DNA of 64,000 nt from a bacterium (GCA_020051955.1 JAGVQB010000045.1:1356-65355), one strand, 5' to 3'. Shown: positions 29,030 to 37,980, counted from the stretch's first letter. A program made the numbers and translations. Notes: generated by a model from the sequence alone, not told the origin.

Positions 29030-29902
29030 GGAACCTGGAATGCGTCCGCGTGGCGCCAGGTTTCAAATCAACGCGGCGGATCGCAGTTCACCAGATCCGA
29101 GTATTCGCAACCGAGCTCGTAGGTGGAACGGGCTCAAATGGAGTAGACATGGGCTACAGCTAGAAGGAAGCGTCTGGAGGTCGTAAGACCAAGTCACGGC
29201 CAGGCGTGGATACATAAGTGACCCGGCGTACTATGCGAGGTTGCCAGACGTGAGAGTTAGGAACGGAAAGGGACAGAAAGCCCGAGTACAAGTACGAAGC
29301 GATACCGTCTGAAGCAATCACTCGAGAGCAATCTCGGGACGTCGGGGAGTGGTAACACTCCGAAGGGTCGCGCCAAAGCATGGGAGCCGTTGACAGTGAA
29401 GGCTCAAAGGGCTGGCAACCCAATCTGTCAAAAAGGCCTTGTGAGTTTGGCCTCCTGTCTACGGACGGGTCAAATGAACTCTCCTTGGTTGTGGCGGTCA
29501 ACAACCCGTTTTCAATCCGCGTTTTAAGAAAAACGAGGACTTTGGTCGGCAGAGTTCGACACGGCGCGCGAGACGTTCTTGCGCCACTTGCCAGCGGTGT
29601 ATCACTGGCAGACTCGCATTTCGCGAGCGGGGAATTGTGTGGCGCCCTTAAAGGCCACTTTGCAGAAGGAGGTCAGAAATGACTTACCCGTTGCTGTTCT
29701 ACGATGTTACAAACGCGCTTTCCCCTGAGCGCGCCAAAAAACCAAAGGTAAGGGGGTAAGGATCTCGGCCGTCAACGTGACAAAACGGCCGGGGATCCTA
29801 ACGATACTTTCCCCGGTCGCTTGGGCGCCTCCCGCGTCCATCACGTTGCGTTCCGGGGTCCTCTACCGAAATGCTGATTGTTACATCGCGTACCAATCGG
29901 CA
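29030..29902 (+). ncRNA. Candidate large structured ncRNA (~830-870 nt), class unassigned
   Basis: Closing stem 29030-42/29849-61; nested domains; GNRA and UNCG hairpins; three loop-distal complementarities; no convincing ORF. Confidence 0.75.
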
Positions 29903-29921
29903 GGTCAGTTGAGAGAAACAT

Positions 29922-29948
29922 AAAACACGTCTTTATGAGACGTGTTTT
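29922..29948. terminator. Bidirectional intrinsic terminator
   Basis: AAAACACGTCT-TTATG-AGACGTGTTTT between the RNA candidate and the convergent relE. Confidence 0.8.
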
Positions 29949-29949
29949 G

Positions 29950-30216
29950 TTATAGATGGTGATAGATATCTTTGCGATGGCAGATTCTGTGTAGAATAAT
30001 TTTTGATCGATCGAATGTATAAATTAAACGGTAGTCACCCACACGTAAGCGCCAAAGTGGCGGACGTGTGAACCCAGAAAGTTTTTTAATGTCGAGCGTC
30101 GCATTGATTGGGTTTAGTTGAAGTAGCTTTGCGATCACGTCTGCCTTAATTTGTATTTGGATCGGAAGACTACGAAAATCCTTCGTGAATTGCCGAGTCA
30201 CGACGATCTCTCGCAT
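29950..30216 (-). CDS. RelE/ParE-family toxin
   Basis: TRQFTKDFRSL...IKKLSG...WRLRVGDYRLIY...HRKDIY. Confidence 0.9.
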   Translation of the reverse strand: MREIVVTRQFTKDFRSLPIQIQIKADVIAKLLQLNPINATLDIKKLSGFTRPPLWRLRVGDYRLIYTFDRSKIILHRICHRKDIYHHL

Positions 30217-30219
30217 ACT

Positions 30220-30414
30220 TTAAACGAGCTCGCGAAGGGAACGCACTGTTCGCGTCTTTCCTTGCGTGGCTTCTTTAATAGAACGTCGCAACCCCTTTTG
30301 AAACACTGGGTCAAAATCGCCAGACCTCTCAAGGATATCTTCCACTAGATTTGCAAGATTCAAACTTGCACGAAAGATGCGGCGTAATTTTAGTTGAGTT
30401 ACAGTTTGGTTCAT
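30220..30414 (-). CDS. Cognate antitoxin (putative)
   Basis: Small ORF directly upstream of the toxin, C-terminal RRSIKEATQGKTRTVRSL. Confidence 0.7.
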   Translation of the reverse strand: MNQTVTQLKLRRIFRASLNLANLVEDILERSGDFDPVFQKGLRRSIKEATQGKTRTVRSLRELV

Positions 30415-30475
30415 ACATACGCAAGTTAACACGGAGTAAAGCTAGGAGTCCAGTTTTTTGTTGATTCCTTTCTCC

Positions 30476-30515
30476 GTTTGGGTTTTGGATTTTGGTTTTT
30501 TGGATTTTTCGGTTT
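30476..30515. repeat. TTTTGGA-type heptamer array
   Basis: GTTTGGGTTTTGGATTTTGGTTTTTTGGATTTTTCGGTTT. Confidence 0.75.
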
Positions 30516-30517
30516 CA

Positions 30518-32788
30518 TTACCTCCTCGCAACCCCATTCTGCGTGATTTCCTCCAGGTGGACTGACAACAAGCTCGAAATGCCGTCAGTGCCCATTGTTA
30601 CGCCATAGAGAATATCTGCTTTTTCCATTGTCGCGCGGTTGTGGGTGATGACGATGAATTGGCTAGTGCGCGCGAGGTCCTCCAGGATCGCGGCGAAGCG
30701 GATTGTGTTGGCTTCATCAAGCGCGGCATCAACCTCGTCGAGCACAACAAACGGCGCTGGGTTTACTGCCATGATTGCGGAGACAAGAGCGATTGATGTA
30801 AGCGCGCGCTCACCACCGGAAAGCAGGTTTAACGCCTTGAGCCTTTTCCCAGGCGGGGTTGCTTGGATGTCGATGCCGACAATTTTTTCCTCCGCGTTTA
30901 CCCGTTCCCTGTTCACCGTTCCCTGTTCACTGTTCCCTCCCTCTACCGTTTCCTCCACCTCTTCCCTCGTCAACTTCACCAACGCGCACGATCCTCCACC
31001 GAAAAGCATTTTGAAATATCGCTCAAACTCTTTATTGATTTTGGAGAACGTTGCCTTTGACTGTTTTTCAATTTGTTCGTCGAGTTCCTTGATTATTTTT
31101 TCTGTTGACGCGAGAGCGGCGTTGAGGTCTTTGACCTGCTCATCAAGAAATTCGAAACGATCTTTTGTCTCGCCGTATTCTTTTACTATTTCCGGATCAA
31201 TTCCACCTATGAGTTCGAGCTTGTATCGAAGGCGCTGGATTTCGGGATAGGCTTCATCGGTTTGGATTTTGGATTTTGGATTTTGGATTTTTTCCTGCCT
31301 CACCCCCACCGCCCTCTCCTTCATAAACTCATCCATCTCCCGCGTGAGGGCTTTTTGGCGTTCCTCAAAACGCACTAAAGCGATTTGGAGAGTGTTGCGC
31401 TCGTTTTCTAGCAAGTGGGTTTGATTTTGTTTTTCGCGCAGGGAATGTTGCAAGCCGATAAGTTCACTTCGGGCAGTGCGTTCCTTACTTGTGTAGTTGT
31501 CGATTGTTTTTTCAAGCTCGTCAATTTCTTTTACTAGATTTTGTTCTTGCGTTCGCTTGGTTTTCAGTTCCTCAACCATTTTTGGATCAGGCTTGATGTC
31601 TTCTGGGTTTGGGCGCTGAAGACTTTTGGAAAGTTTTTGTGACCGCGTAAGAAGTGACTCGATTCCATCCAAAATTGCCTCCAGCCCTTTCAGCCCTCGC
31701 AGTCCTTTTAGTCCTTCCACCATTCCCTCAACCTCCTCAACGATTTTCAACAAAGGAAGCGGCGCCCAATTTGATTGCGCGCGCGCTCGCGCGAGTTCGA
31801 TTTCTTTTTCGAGCGAGAATTGCTCGCTCCGCAAAGCCTCACGTTTTTTTCCAAGCGCTTTGTATTGATTCTTCAAACCTACCAGTTGTGTGTCCTCATC
31901 GGTCCCAAAGTTTTCAGCGCGCTCTGATTCTTTTTCAAGCGTGTGAAGTTCTGCCCTCTCGGTTTTAATTTTTTTCTCAATCTCATCAAACCCCTGTCTT
32001 GCTGTTTCCAATTCGTCCATCAGGTTCCACCATTGAGAACCGTAATAACACGACTCAAGCTCGTGGAGGGCTTTTTCAATCTCACCGCGTTGTTCAAGAC
32101 GTACTGCTTGGCGCTTAAGAGAACGAAGCCGCGGTTCGATTTCCCGCAACAGCATTTCAACCTCTGTCAGATTTTCGTGTGTGCGCGTGAGTTTTAACAA
32201 TGCCTCGTGTCGTTTGATTTGGAATGGTTTTACTCCGGTGGCATCGTCAAAAAAATCTTTGCGCTCCTCTGGAGATGAAACAAGAATGTGGTCAATCATG
32301 CCTTGTCCGATAACGCAGTACGAACGCTGTCCAACGTTTGCTTCTGCCAGAAGTAGTTGGATATCAGCAAGGCGAACAGAGCCCTCGTTGAGGAGATAAT
32401 CGGAAGTTCCATCTCGAAACAGCCTCCGCGTGATTACTACCTCTGGGTATTCAAGTGGCATTGTTTTGTCTTGGTTGTTGAAGGTCAAAGATACTTGCGC
32501 AAAGCCAGATCGTCCTTTGCCATCAGAGCCAGAAAAAATTACATCCTCTGATTTTTTTCCACGCAAAAGTTTAAGACTTTGTTCACCCAGCACCCATCTG
32601 ATCGCGTCAGCAAGGTTTGATTTACCGCTACCATTTGGACCAACGATGGAGGTGATGGGGAATCGTAATTCCCCCCCTGCCCGAGGGGGGGTCAGGGGGG
32701 GTGGGAGTGCGGCCGGTGGGAGAAAAGAAAGCGTTGTTTTTTTTGCAAACGTTTTGAACCCCTGCAGTTCCAGTTTAGTAAGAAACAT
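30518..32788 (-). CDS. smc: SMC-family chromosome segregation ATPase (short, 756 aa)
   Basis: GFKTF, GPNGSGKSN, LSGGE, LDEVDAALD, VITHN; coiled coils. Confidence 0.93.
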   Translation of the reverse strand: MFLTKLELQGFKTFAKKTTLSFLPPAALPPPLTPPRAGGELRFPITSIVGPNGSGKSNLADAIRWVLGEQSLKLLRGKKSEDVIFSGSDGKGRSGFAQVSLTFNNQDKTMPLEYPEVVITRRLFRDGTSDYLLNEGSVRLADIQLLLAEANVGQRSYCVIGQGMIDHILVSSPEERKDFFDDATGVKPFQIKRHEALLKLTRTHENLTEVEMLLREIEPRLRSLKRQAVRLEQRGEIEKALHELESCYYGSQWWNLMDELETARQGFDEIEKKIKTERAELHTLEKESERAENFGTDEDTQLVGLKNQYKALGKKREALRSEQFSLEKEIELARARAQSNWAPLPLLKIVEEVEGMVEGLKGLRGLKGLEAILDGIESLLTRSQKLSKSLQRPNPEDIKPDPKMVEELKTKRTQEQNLVKEIDELEKTIDNYTSKERTARSELIGLQHSLREKQNQTHLLENERNTLQIALVRFEERQKALTREMDEFMKERAVGVRQEKIQNPKSKIQTDEAYPEIQRLRYKLELIGGIDPEIVKEYGETKDRFEFLDEQVKDLNAALASTEKIIKELDEQIEKQSKATFSKINKEFERYFKMLFGGGSCALVKLTREEVEETVEGGNSEQGTVNRERVNAEEKIVGIDIQATPPGKRLKALNLLSGGERALTSIALVSAIMAVNPAPFVVLDEVDAALDEANTIRFAAILEDLARTSQFIVITHNRATMEKADILYGVTMGTDGISSLLSVHLEEITQNGVARR

Positions 32789-32865
32789 ACTGGGAAATTA
32801 TAACATGGAACGCACGATTATTGACCCAAAATAGCCAAGAGGTTATGCTATTCGGCTACTTGAAT

Positions 32866-33840
32866 ATGGAGACTTATTTGCACAGACATATTCACGACTT
32901 GTTACTCAAGGCTGATCACCCTGTATTTATTGCTGACGAACGCATTGATGGTGATACGCTTGGATCAGCTTTGGCTGTCGCGGATTATCTTGCGTCGCTT
33001 GGCAAGAAAGTACCCGTGTTTGTTTCCGCGCCAGTGCCCGTGCAGTATCAGCGTCTACCTCGAGTGTCCCAGTGTACGACTGACATCCAGGTGTTTGCTG
33101 ATCCTTCTATTGATCTAGTTGTGAGTTTTGATTGTTCTGATGGAAAGTTTATCCATTCATTTGTTGAACAGATTCCAGCTCGTCCAACCCTAGTGAACAT
33201 TGATCACCACACGACAAATGATCGTTATGGGGACGTGAACCAGGTCATTGATGGTGCTCCTGCGACAGCTTACGTTATTTATCGGTTTTTTGAGGTGAAC
33301 CGAATTCTCCCTTCAAAGGATGCGGCAACATGCCTTCTTGTCGGATTGTGTTTTGACACAATGGCGTTTACCAATTCAGCGACCAACGATGGTGTACTTG
33401 AGGCCGCGTCCCAGTTAGTCCTGTTGGGCGCGCGTGTTCAAGACGTGATCCGCTCACTTTATCAGAATCGTTCAATAGCCGCGTTGCGCGTGTGGGGGCT
33501 TGCACTTGAGCGTTTGCAAGAGGATTCTGTTCAAGGAACACTTTCCACGTTTTTGACACGCAATGACTTGGATGGAAACCAAGTAACAGATGACGAGATA
33601 GATGGCATCTCGAATTTTTTAAACATCGTCATCGAGTCAAAGATACTTTTGGTTTTAAGAGAAACTCCATTGGGGGACGTGAAGGTGTCCATGCGTTCAC
33701 TTACGCAGGACGTAAGCGTTATAGCGAAAGCGAACGGTGGGGGGGGGCACGTACGTGCCGCTGGGTATACAATTCCACGAGCGGTTCTTGTTTGTGGGGA
33801 TAATGGCTGTTGGAGAGTGGAAAAAAAGCAGATAAATTGA
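32866..33840 (+). CDS. DHH-family phosphoesterase (NrnA-like)
   Basis: DGDTLGS, NIDHH, KVSMRS, GGGGHVRAAG. Confidence 0.92.
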   Translation: METYLHRHIHDLLLKADHPVFIADERIDGDTLGSALAVADYLASLGKKVPVFVSAPVPVQYQRLPRVSQCTTDIQVFADPSIDLVVSFDCSDGKFIHSFVEQIPARPTLVNIDHHTTNDRYGDVNQVIDGAPATAYVIYRFFEVNRILPSKDAATCLLVGLCFDTMAFTNSATNDGVLEAASQLVLLGARVQDVIRSLYQNRSIAALRVWGLALERLQEDSVQGTLSTFLTRNDLDGNQVTDDEIDGISNFLNIVIESKILLVLRETPLGDVKVSMRSLTQDVSVIAKANGGGGHVRAAGYTIPRAVLVCGDNGCWRVEKKQIN

Positions 33841-33864
33841 TAAACTGATGCCATCGAAATAATC

Positions 33865-34485
33865 ATGCAAAATATGTCGACAATTCGTTCAGAGTTTCCT
33901 CCAACAGATCAAGTGCTTGTCCCAATGGTTGTTGAAAAGACTCACATGGGCGAGCGCGCGTACGATATTTATTCACGACTGTTGAAAGATCGAATTATTT
34001 TTTTGGGAACAGCGATTGATGATAATGTCGCGAATCTTATCATCGCGCAGATGTTGTTTTTGGAGAGTCAGGACAAGACAAAAGAAATTAAACTCTACAT
34101 CAACTCACCAGGCGGAAGCGTGACAGCTGGGCTCGCGATTTACGACGCGATGCAATATGTGAAGCCAGACGTGTCAACGATTTGTGTTGGACTTGCCGCG
34201 TCAATGGGCGCGGTTCTACTTGCCGCTGGCGCAAAGGGAAAGAGATTCGTGCTTCCAAACTCCGAGATTATGATTCATCAAGTGCTTGGTGGCGTGCAGG
34301 GGCAGGCGACTGACATCAAGATTCACGCGGAGCGTATTCTCAAAATTAAAGACAGGCTGAACGACATTCTTTCAAAGCACACAGGCAGAAAAAAGTCGCT
34401 TGTGGAGGAGGATACCGAGCGCGATTACTTCCTTGATCCAGATGAAGCAGTGAAATATGGGCTGGTTGATAAGGTTATCTCATAG
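33865..34485 (+). CDS. clpP: ATP-dependent Clp protease proteolytic subunit
   Basis: [32 protein letters not shown]. Confidence 0.98.
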   Translation: MQNMSTIRSEFPPTDQVLVPMVVEKTHMGERAYDIYSRLLKDRIIFLGTAIDDNVANLIIAQMLFLESQDKTKEIKLYINSPGGSVTAGLAIYDAMQYVKPDVSTICVGLAASMGAVLLAAGAKGKRFVLPNSEIMIHQVLGGVQGQATDIKIHAERILKIKDRLNDILSKHTGRKKSLVEEDTERDYFLDPDEAVKYGLVDKVIS

Positions 34486-34600
34486 GGACAATACGTGGAC
34501 AAACCGGGGATGGTTTACAAGAAATCCTCGGTTTTTCAAACAAAAAACAGCGCTCTTGCAAAGGCTGTCATCGTCAGGTAAACTTTCGATGTAAACAAGC

Positions 34601-34629
34601 TTGACAACTTTCGATTTCCGGGCTAGACT
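34601..34629 (+). promoter_or_regulatory. Near-consensus sigma70 promoter with no downstream ORF
   Basis: TTGACA-N17-TAGACT; a second TTGCAA-N17-TAAACT just upstream. Confidence 0.75.
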
Positions 34630-34635
34630 TGAGCG

Positions 34636-34808
34636 TTAAAACTCAAGCCTCTTTCTTTCATTCTATTTAGTGATCTGCAGGCACGACAAGCATGGGATTT
34701 CAATGTATGGATACATCAGGTTTTCGGACTCGATCTATCCTTACGTGAAATTTCTTGCCTGCAGGTTACTGAATGGAATAATCATCAAACGTCGCGAGAC
34801 GTTTTTTT
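34636..34808 (+). ncRNA. Candidate ~170 nt rod-like small RNA
   Basis: 23 bp stem 34661-83/34756-78 whose four deviations are all G-U pairs; terminator AAACGTC-GCGA-GACGTTTTTTT. Confidence 0.65.
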
Positions 34809-34894
34809 GATTTCGTAACCTCTTGTCGGATAGTACGTCGATTGCGAGTGAGCATGCAAGGAAAACTGTGGATAAAAATAGTCGGGCGGTGGCA

Positions 34895-35012
34895 TATTGT
34901 TATATTGATAAATTGTTAAATGGTTAAATTGTTGTGGAGCAAGACGATGGGCGGCAGACAAAACGTCTATCTAGACAACCATTTAACAATATAACCATTT
35001 AACAATTTAACC
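34895..35012. repeat. Inverted pair of 8-mer tandem arrays
   Basis: (AATTGTTA/AATGGTTA)x5 ... spacer ... (TAACAATT/TAACCATT)x4-5. Confidence 0.85.
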
Positions 35013-35017
35013 CTCTG

Positions 35018-36898
35018 TCAACCACCCAACGATTCTTCTCCCTTCTCACTTTCAGTTTCATTCTCTTCCACTTTTTCTTCCTCAACTTTTTCTACTCCGA
35101 TAAGACACGTTTTAGGTAATGGGCGGTAATGAGATGGAAACTCCGTTTGCTCAACAGACCCATCTGGTTTCACAATTGTGTATTTGAAAGTTGTGTCAGC
35201 TCCAATGTGAGAGGCCTGGCATGTTTCTTCTCCAGGTTCGAGACCAGTGGTTTCAACTTTAACGTCTTCGCCAACAGGAATCCATCTCAATACTTCTGGC
35301 GCGCTGTACGTGCCTGTTCTGCCGTCTGAAGTTCCCCAGAACGTGAACCGCAATTCTTGCGAATCAGTTTGGTTTTCAGCTTGAAAAAGTATGTGGTGTT
35401 GCGTGTCGTTGGTGAACTTAAAATCAGGGGCAGGTTCGTAAATTGTCGCGTCCGTGCCAGGGTTTCCATTGGCAGGGTCGTTGTAATAGGAAACGACAAT
35501 TGAATGGTTTCTGCGCTCAACAATTGGCAAACCGGAATTCATTGTCGCGCGAAATGTTGTTGTTCCGATTTGGCACAGGCCGCCTCCTATTTCTGGCGTT
35601 ATCTTGGCACCCTTTATCACGAGTTCTGGGAGGTAGCCGTTTTCTGATGTAAAAGGCGCGAGCGCGGATAGTAATGAAAAAGTGTCGCCGGGCGCGATGA
35701 GAATACCATTGAGAAGGTTAACTCCATTTTGAATGTTGGCGCGCCGATTCATTGGACTGCCACGATAGTTTGATGTGCCGACTCCAAGGACTTGAGTGAT
35801 ACCTAGACCGTTTACTTCCCCCGTCTTGATACGTGGCTCGATAGTGTCGATCGTGACTTCAATCGTTCCTTCACTTTGTCCTCTTACGCGCGAAAGTAGT
35901 TCGTCTTTTAATAATTTTACATCGACCTCTCGTCCGTTAGTGCTTCCCGCAAAATCAATTACTCGATCGTTTAACATTTCAAGTCGCGCGTCTTGTGCTT
36001 GTCGGTCAATGACGTTGGTGATTTGTATTACCCAGGTTTGAAATGCTTCTTCTTGAAAAACAAGCGCGTCATTTTTACCTGGAGTAAGAATCTTCGAAAG
36101 ATTTTGGTCTGTCATTTCCCATATCTGATTTTCTTTTGCGAATGTGACTACAAACGGTGCGTGAGCTAAAGCATCCATCGCGCGCGCGACTTGCCTGATT
36201 GCACTTTGTTCATCGATAGCTGGTTCGACGTATTTAAGATGCAATGGTATTTCGCCAGGGGTAAGGGTTGAAAGCTGTGATTCGAGGATTCCAAAAAACT
36301 GATCCCATTGAAGCTCTCTTCCGTTTTGCGCTGAGATTACCGCTATCGTCCACCCTTCAGGCGTGTTCGTAAATTCGAAACTCGCGTCGCGTGACAGTGT
36401 TTCTTTCCCCTGGAAGAGGTCGATCACTTGTTCCCTTATTTTTTCTCTGTTTATTTTGATAGAGATTTTTGTCTGTTCACCAAGCACTATATTTTTAAAC
36501 ATTGCCCAGGAGTCAAAGAATTCGTTGTGGCTGTGAAGTGTCATGAGTTCCGTGAGCGCACCATCAAGATCGAAACCAACGTCTTCGACAAGATCGGCTG
36601 AAATGACCGTAGCAAGAGTAAGAACCTTTTTATCGTTGTCGAGAGTTACCTCAACGCCAGCAGTTAAGATGTCATCGATTTTTTTTTGAAGGGTTTGTCG
36701 TGCCGCTTCAGGCTTCATTCCACCAATGGACAAAGCCCCGATGGAAACATTTGGTGGAAGGCGTCCATCAAAACTTTTTGCCCACAGAAAACTTATCAAA
36801 CAAAAAATAAATAGCACGACGAGCAGGCTCGCCGCGCCTATTACAATGTATTTTATTTTCGAGCGGCGTTCTGGATTAGGTTCCGTATCAGGCACCAT
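35018..36898 (-). CDS. VanW-family protein with peptidoglycan-binding (PG_binding_4) repeats
   Basis: N-terminal TM; RRANI...NGILIAPGDTFS, GGGLCQIGTT, ERRNHS, GTDATIY. Confidence 0.9.
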   Translation of the reverse strand: MVPDTEPNPERRSKIKYIVIGAASLLVVLFIFCLISFLWAKSFDGRLPPNVSIGALSIGGMKPEAARQTLQKKIDDILTAGVEVTLDNDKKVLTLATVISADLVEDVGFDLDGALTELMTLHSHNEFFDSWAMFKNIVLGEQTKISIKINREKIREQVIDLFQGKETLSRDASFEFTNTPEGWTIAVISAQNGRELQWDQFFGILESQLSTLTPGEIPLHLKYVEPAIDEQSAIRQVARAMDALAHAPFVVTFAKENQIWEMTDQNLSKILTPGKNDALVFQEEAFQTWVIQITNVIDRQAQDARLEMLNDRVIDFAGSTNGREVDVKLLKDELLSRVRGQSEGTIEVTIDTIEPRIKTGEVNGLGITQVLGVGTSNYRGSPMNRRANIQNGVNLLNGILIAPGDTFSLLSALAPFTSENGYLPELVIKGAKITPEIGGGLCQIGTTTFRATMNSGLPIVERRNHSIVVSYYNDPANGNPGTDATIYEPAPDFKFTNDTQHHILFQAENQTDSQELRFTFWGTSDGRTGTYSAPEVLRWIPVGEDVKVETTGLEPGEETCQASHIGADTTFKYTIVKPDGSVEQTEFPSHYRPLPKTCLIGVEKVEEEKVEENETESEKGEESLGG

Positions 36899-36899
36899 A

Positions 36900-37277
36900 C
36901 TAGTCGAGTTCAGTGATTGGAACAGATTTTTCATTTTCGATTTTTTTCATCCGAATGGTGAGGATGCCGCGTCTCAGAAGCGCGTCAACAGAATCTGGAT
37001 CCACCCGCGACGGCAATATGATTGTGCGCGAGAAAGCGCCCCAGTGACATTCTTGCACGTGTGTTTCTCCACCAAACTCCTCGCATCCATGCGCGCGTTC
37101 GCCGCGGATTGTAAGAGTGTCTTCTGTTAAGCTGATTTCTAAATCTTGCGCTGTTACCCCAGCGATCGCGGAGCGCACAACTATTTCGTGTTCGCTCTCA
37201 ATAACATCGACAGAAAGTTTGCCCTCTTGAATAGAGAGCCAGTCCGAGCTTTCAAGTTTGTTTGTGGTGTGTTGCAT
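36900..37277 (-). CDS. Hsp20/alpha-crystallin small heat-shock protein
   Basis: EGKLSVDV, LTIRGER, ECHWGAFSRTIILP, GILTIRM. Confidence 0.93.
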   Translation of the reverse strand: MQHTTNKLESSDWLSIQEGKLSVDVIESEHEIVVRSAIAGVTAQDLEISLTEDTLTIRGERAHGCEEFGGETHVQECHWGAFSRTIILPSRVDPDSVDALLRRGILTIRMKKIENEKSVPITELD

Positions 37278-37289
37278 AACGCGGCTATT

Positions 37290-37979
37290 TTACCTCAATT
37301 CGTATCTCCTAAGCCACTCATACAGCGGACCGATTGTGAAACCCACAACGGCAGCCCACATTATTTCTTCAATGGGCACGCCGCCGATGATAAAAGTTGA
37401 GAGAGTGTCGAAACGCCAGAAAGACGCGGCATCAAGCGGGAACAGGCGGATAAAAAAAAGTTGTTCGGTTATGAAGACAAGCGCCGCGGTGAATATCCCA
37501 GACAGGAGCGCGTTCATGAGCAGGTCGTGCCGGTCAGCAATGATGTACATTCCAACGAGCAAGCCACCTACGATAAGCGAAAGGATTGATGACAAAGAAA
37601 AAACGCAGAGGAGCAAGAGGGAAGCAAATGCCCACAGCCCCAGCACAAGCACGAGGTGAGCGATCCAATGGCCCACGTGGTGAATTTTGTAGTGGCTACC
37701 ACGAAGTTTGTGTGCGTGGCGTCCGATCAACACTTGGTAAATCACAGCGGCGATTCCAAACAGAGAGAACGCGAATATCAAATCCTCGATGCCAATAACA
37801 GATTGCTTTTCCAAAATAGCGCCTCGATAATCCATTGACGCGATAAGCAGAACACCAGGCGAAATCACAAGTCCCACCACGCTCATCATAACTTGTTCGC
37901 GCCGCGTTTCGTTCGCGAAAAGCAAAATCGCGAGCCACACAACAAACAGTACGATCGACACAAGAAGAAATGTTGTCAT
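37290..37979 (-). CDS. Multi-TM membrane protein (lycopene-cyclase-domain-like)
   Basis: Duplicated GIEDLIFAF / GVPIEEIMWA motifs. Confidence 0.7.
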   Translation of the reverse strand: MTTFLLVSIVLFVVWLAILLFANETRREQVMMSVVGLVISPGVLLIASMDYRGAILEKQSVIGIEDLIFAFSLFGIAAVIYQVLIGRHAHKLRGSHYKIHHVGHWIAHLVLVLGLWAFASLLLLCVFSLSSILSLIVGGLLVGMYIIADRHDLLMNALLSGIFTAALVFITEQLFFIRLFPLDAASFWRFDTLSTFIIGGVPIEEIMWAAVVGFTIGPLYEWLRRYELR

Positions 37980-37980
37980 A

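Noticed and set aside
29384-29405. GAGCCGT...GGCTC as group II intron domain V
   Set aside because: Too short, lacks the bulged two-stem form, lies mid-element, and no GUGYG start or RT ORF is present
29160-29682. ORFs 29160-29504 (-) and 29380-29682 (+), and a 26-codon ORF after AAGGAGGT at 29679
   Set aside because: No recognisable protein features; the SD and ATG lie inside a GAAA-tetraloop hairpin; better explained by RNA structure, though a small peptide is not excluded
29030-29902. RNase P RNA or tmRNA assignment
   Set aside because: No GAGGAAAGTCC/ACAGAA P4 motifs, no tRNA-Ala-like ends, and about twice the expected length
34867-34875. DnaA box TGTGGATAA next to AT-rich repeats as oriC
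   Set aside because: Single box, no dnaA/dnaN nearby; the AT-rich tract matches the repeat-array class
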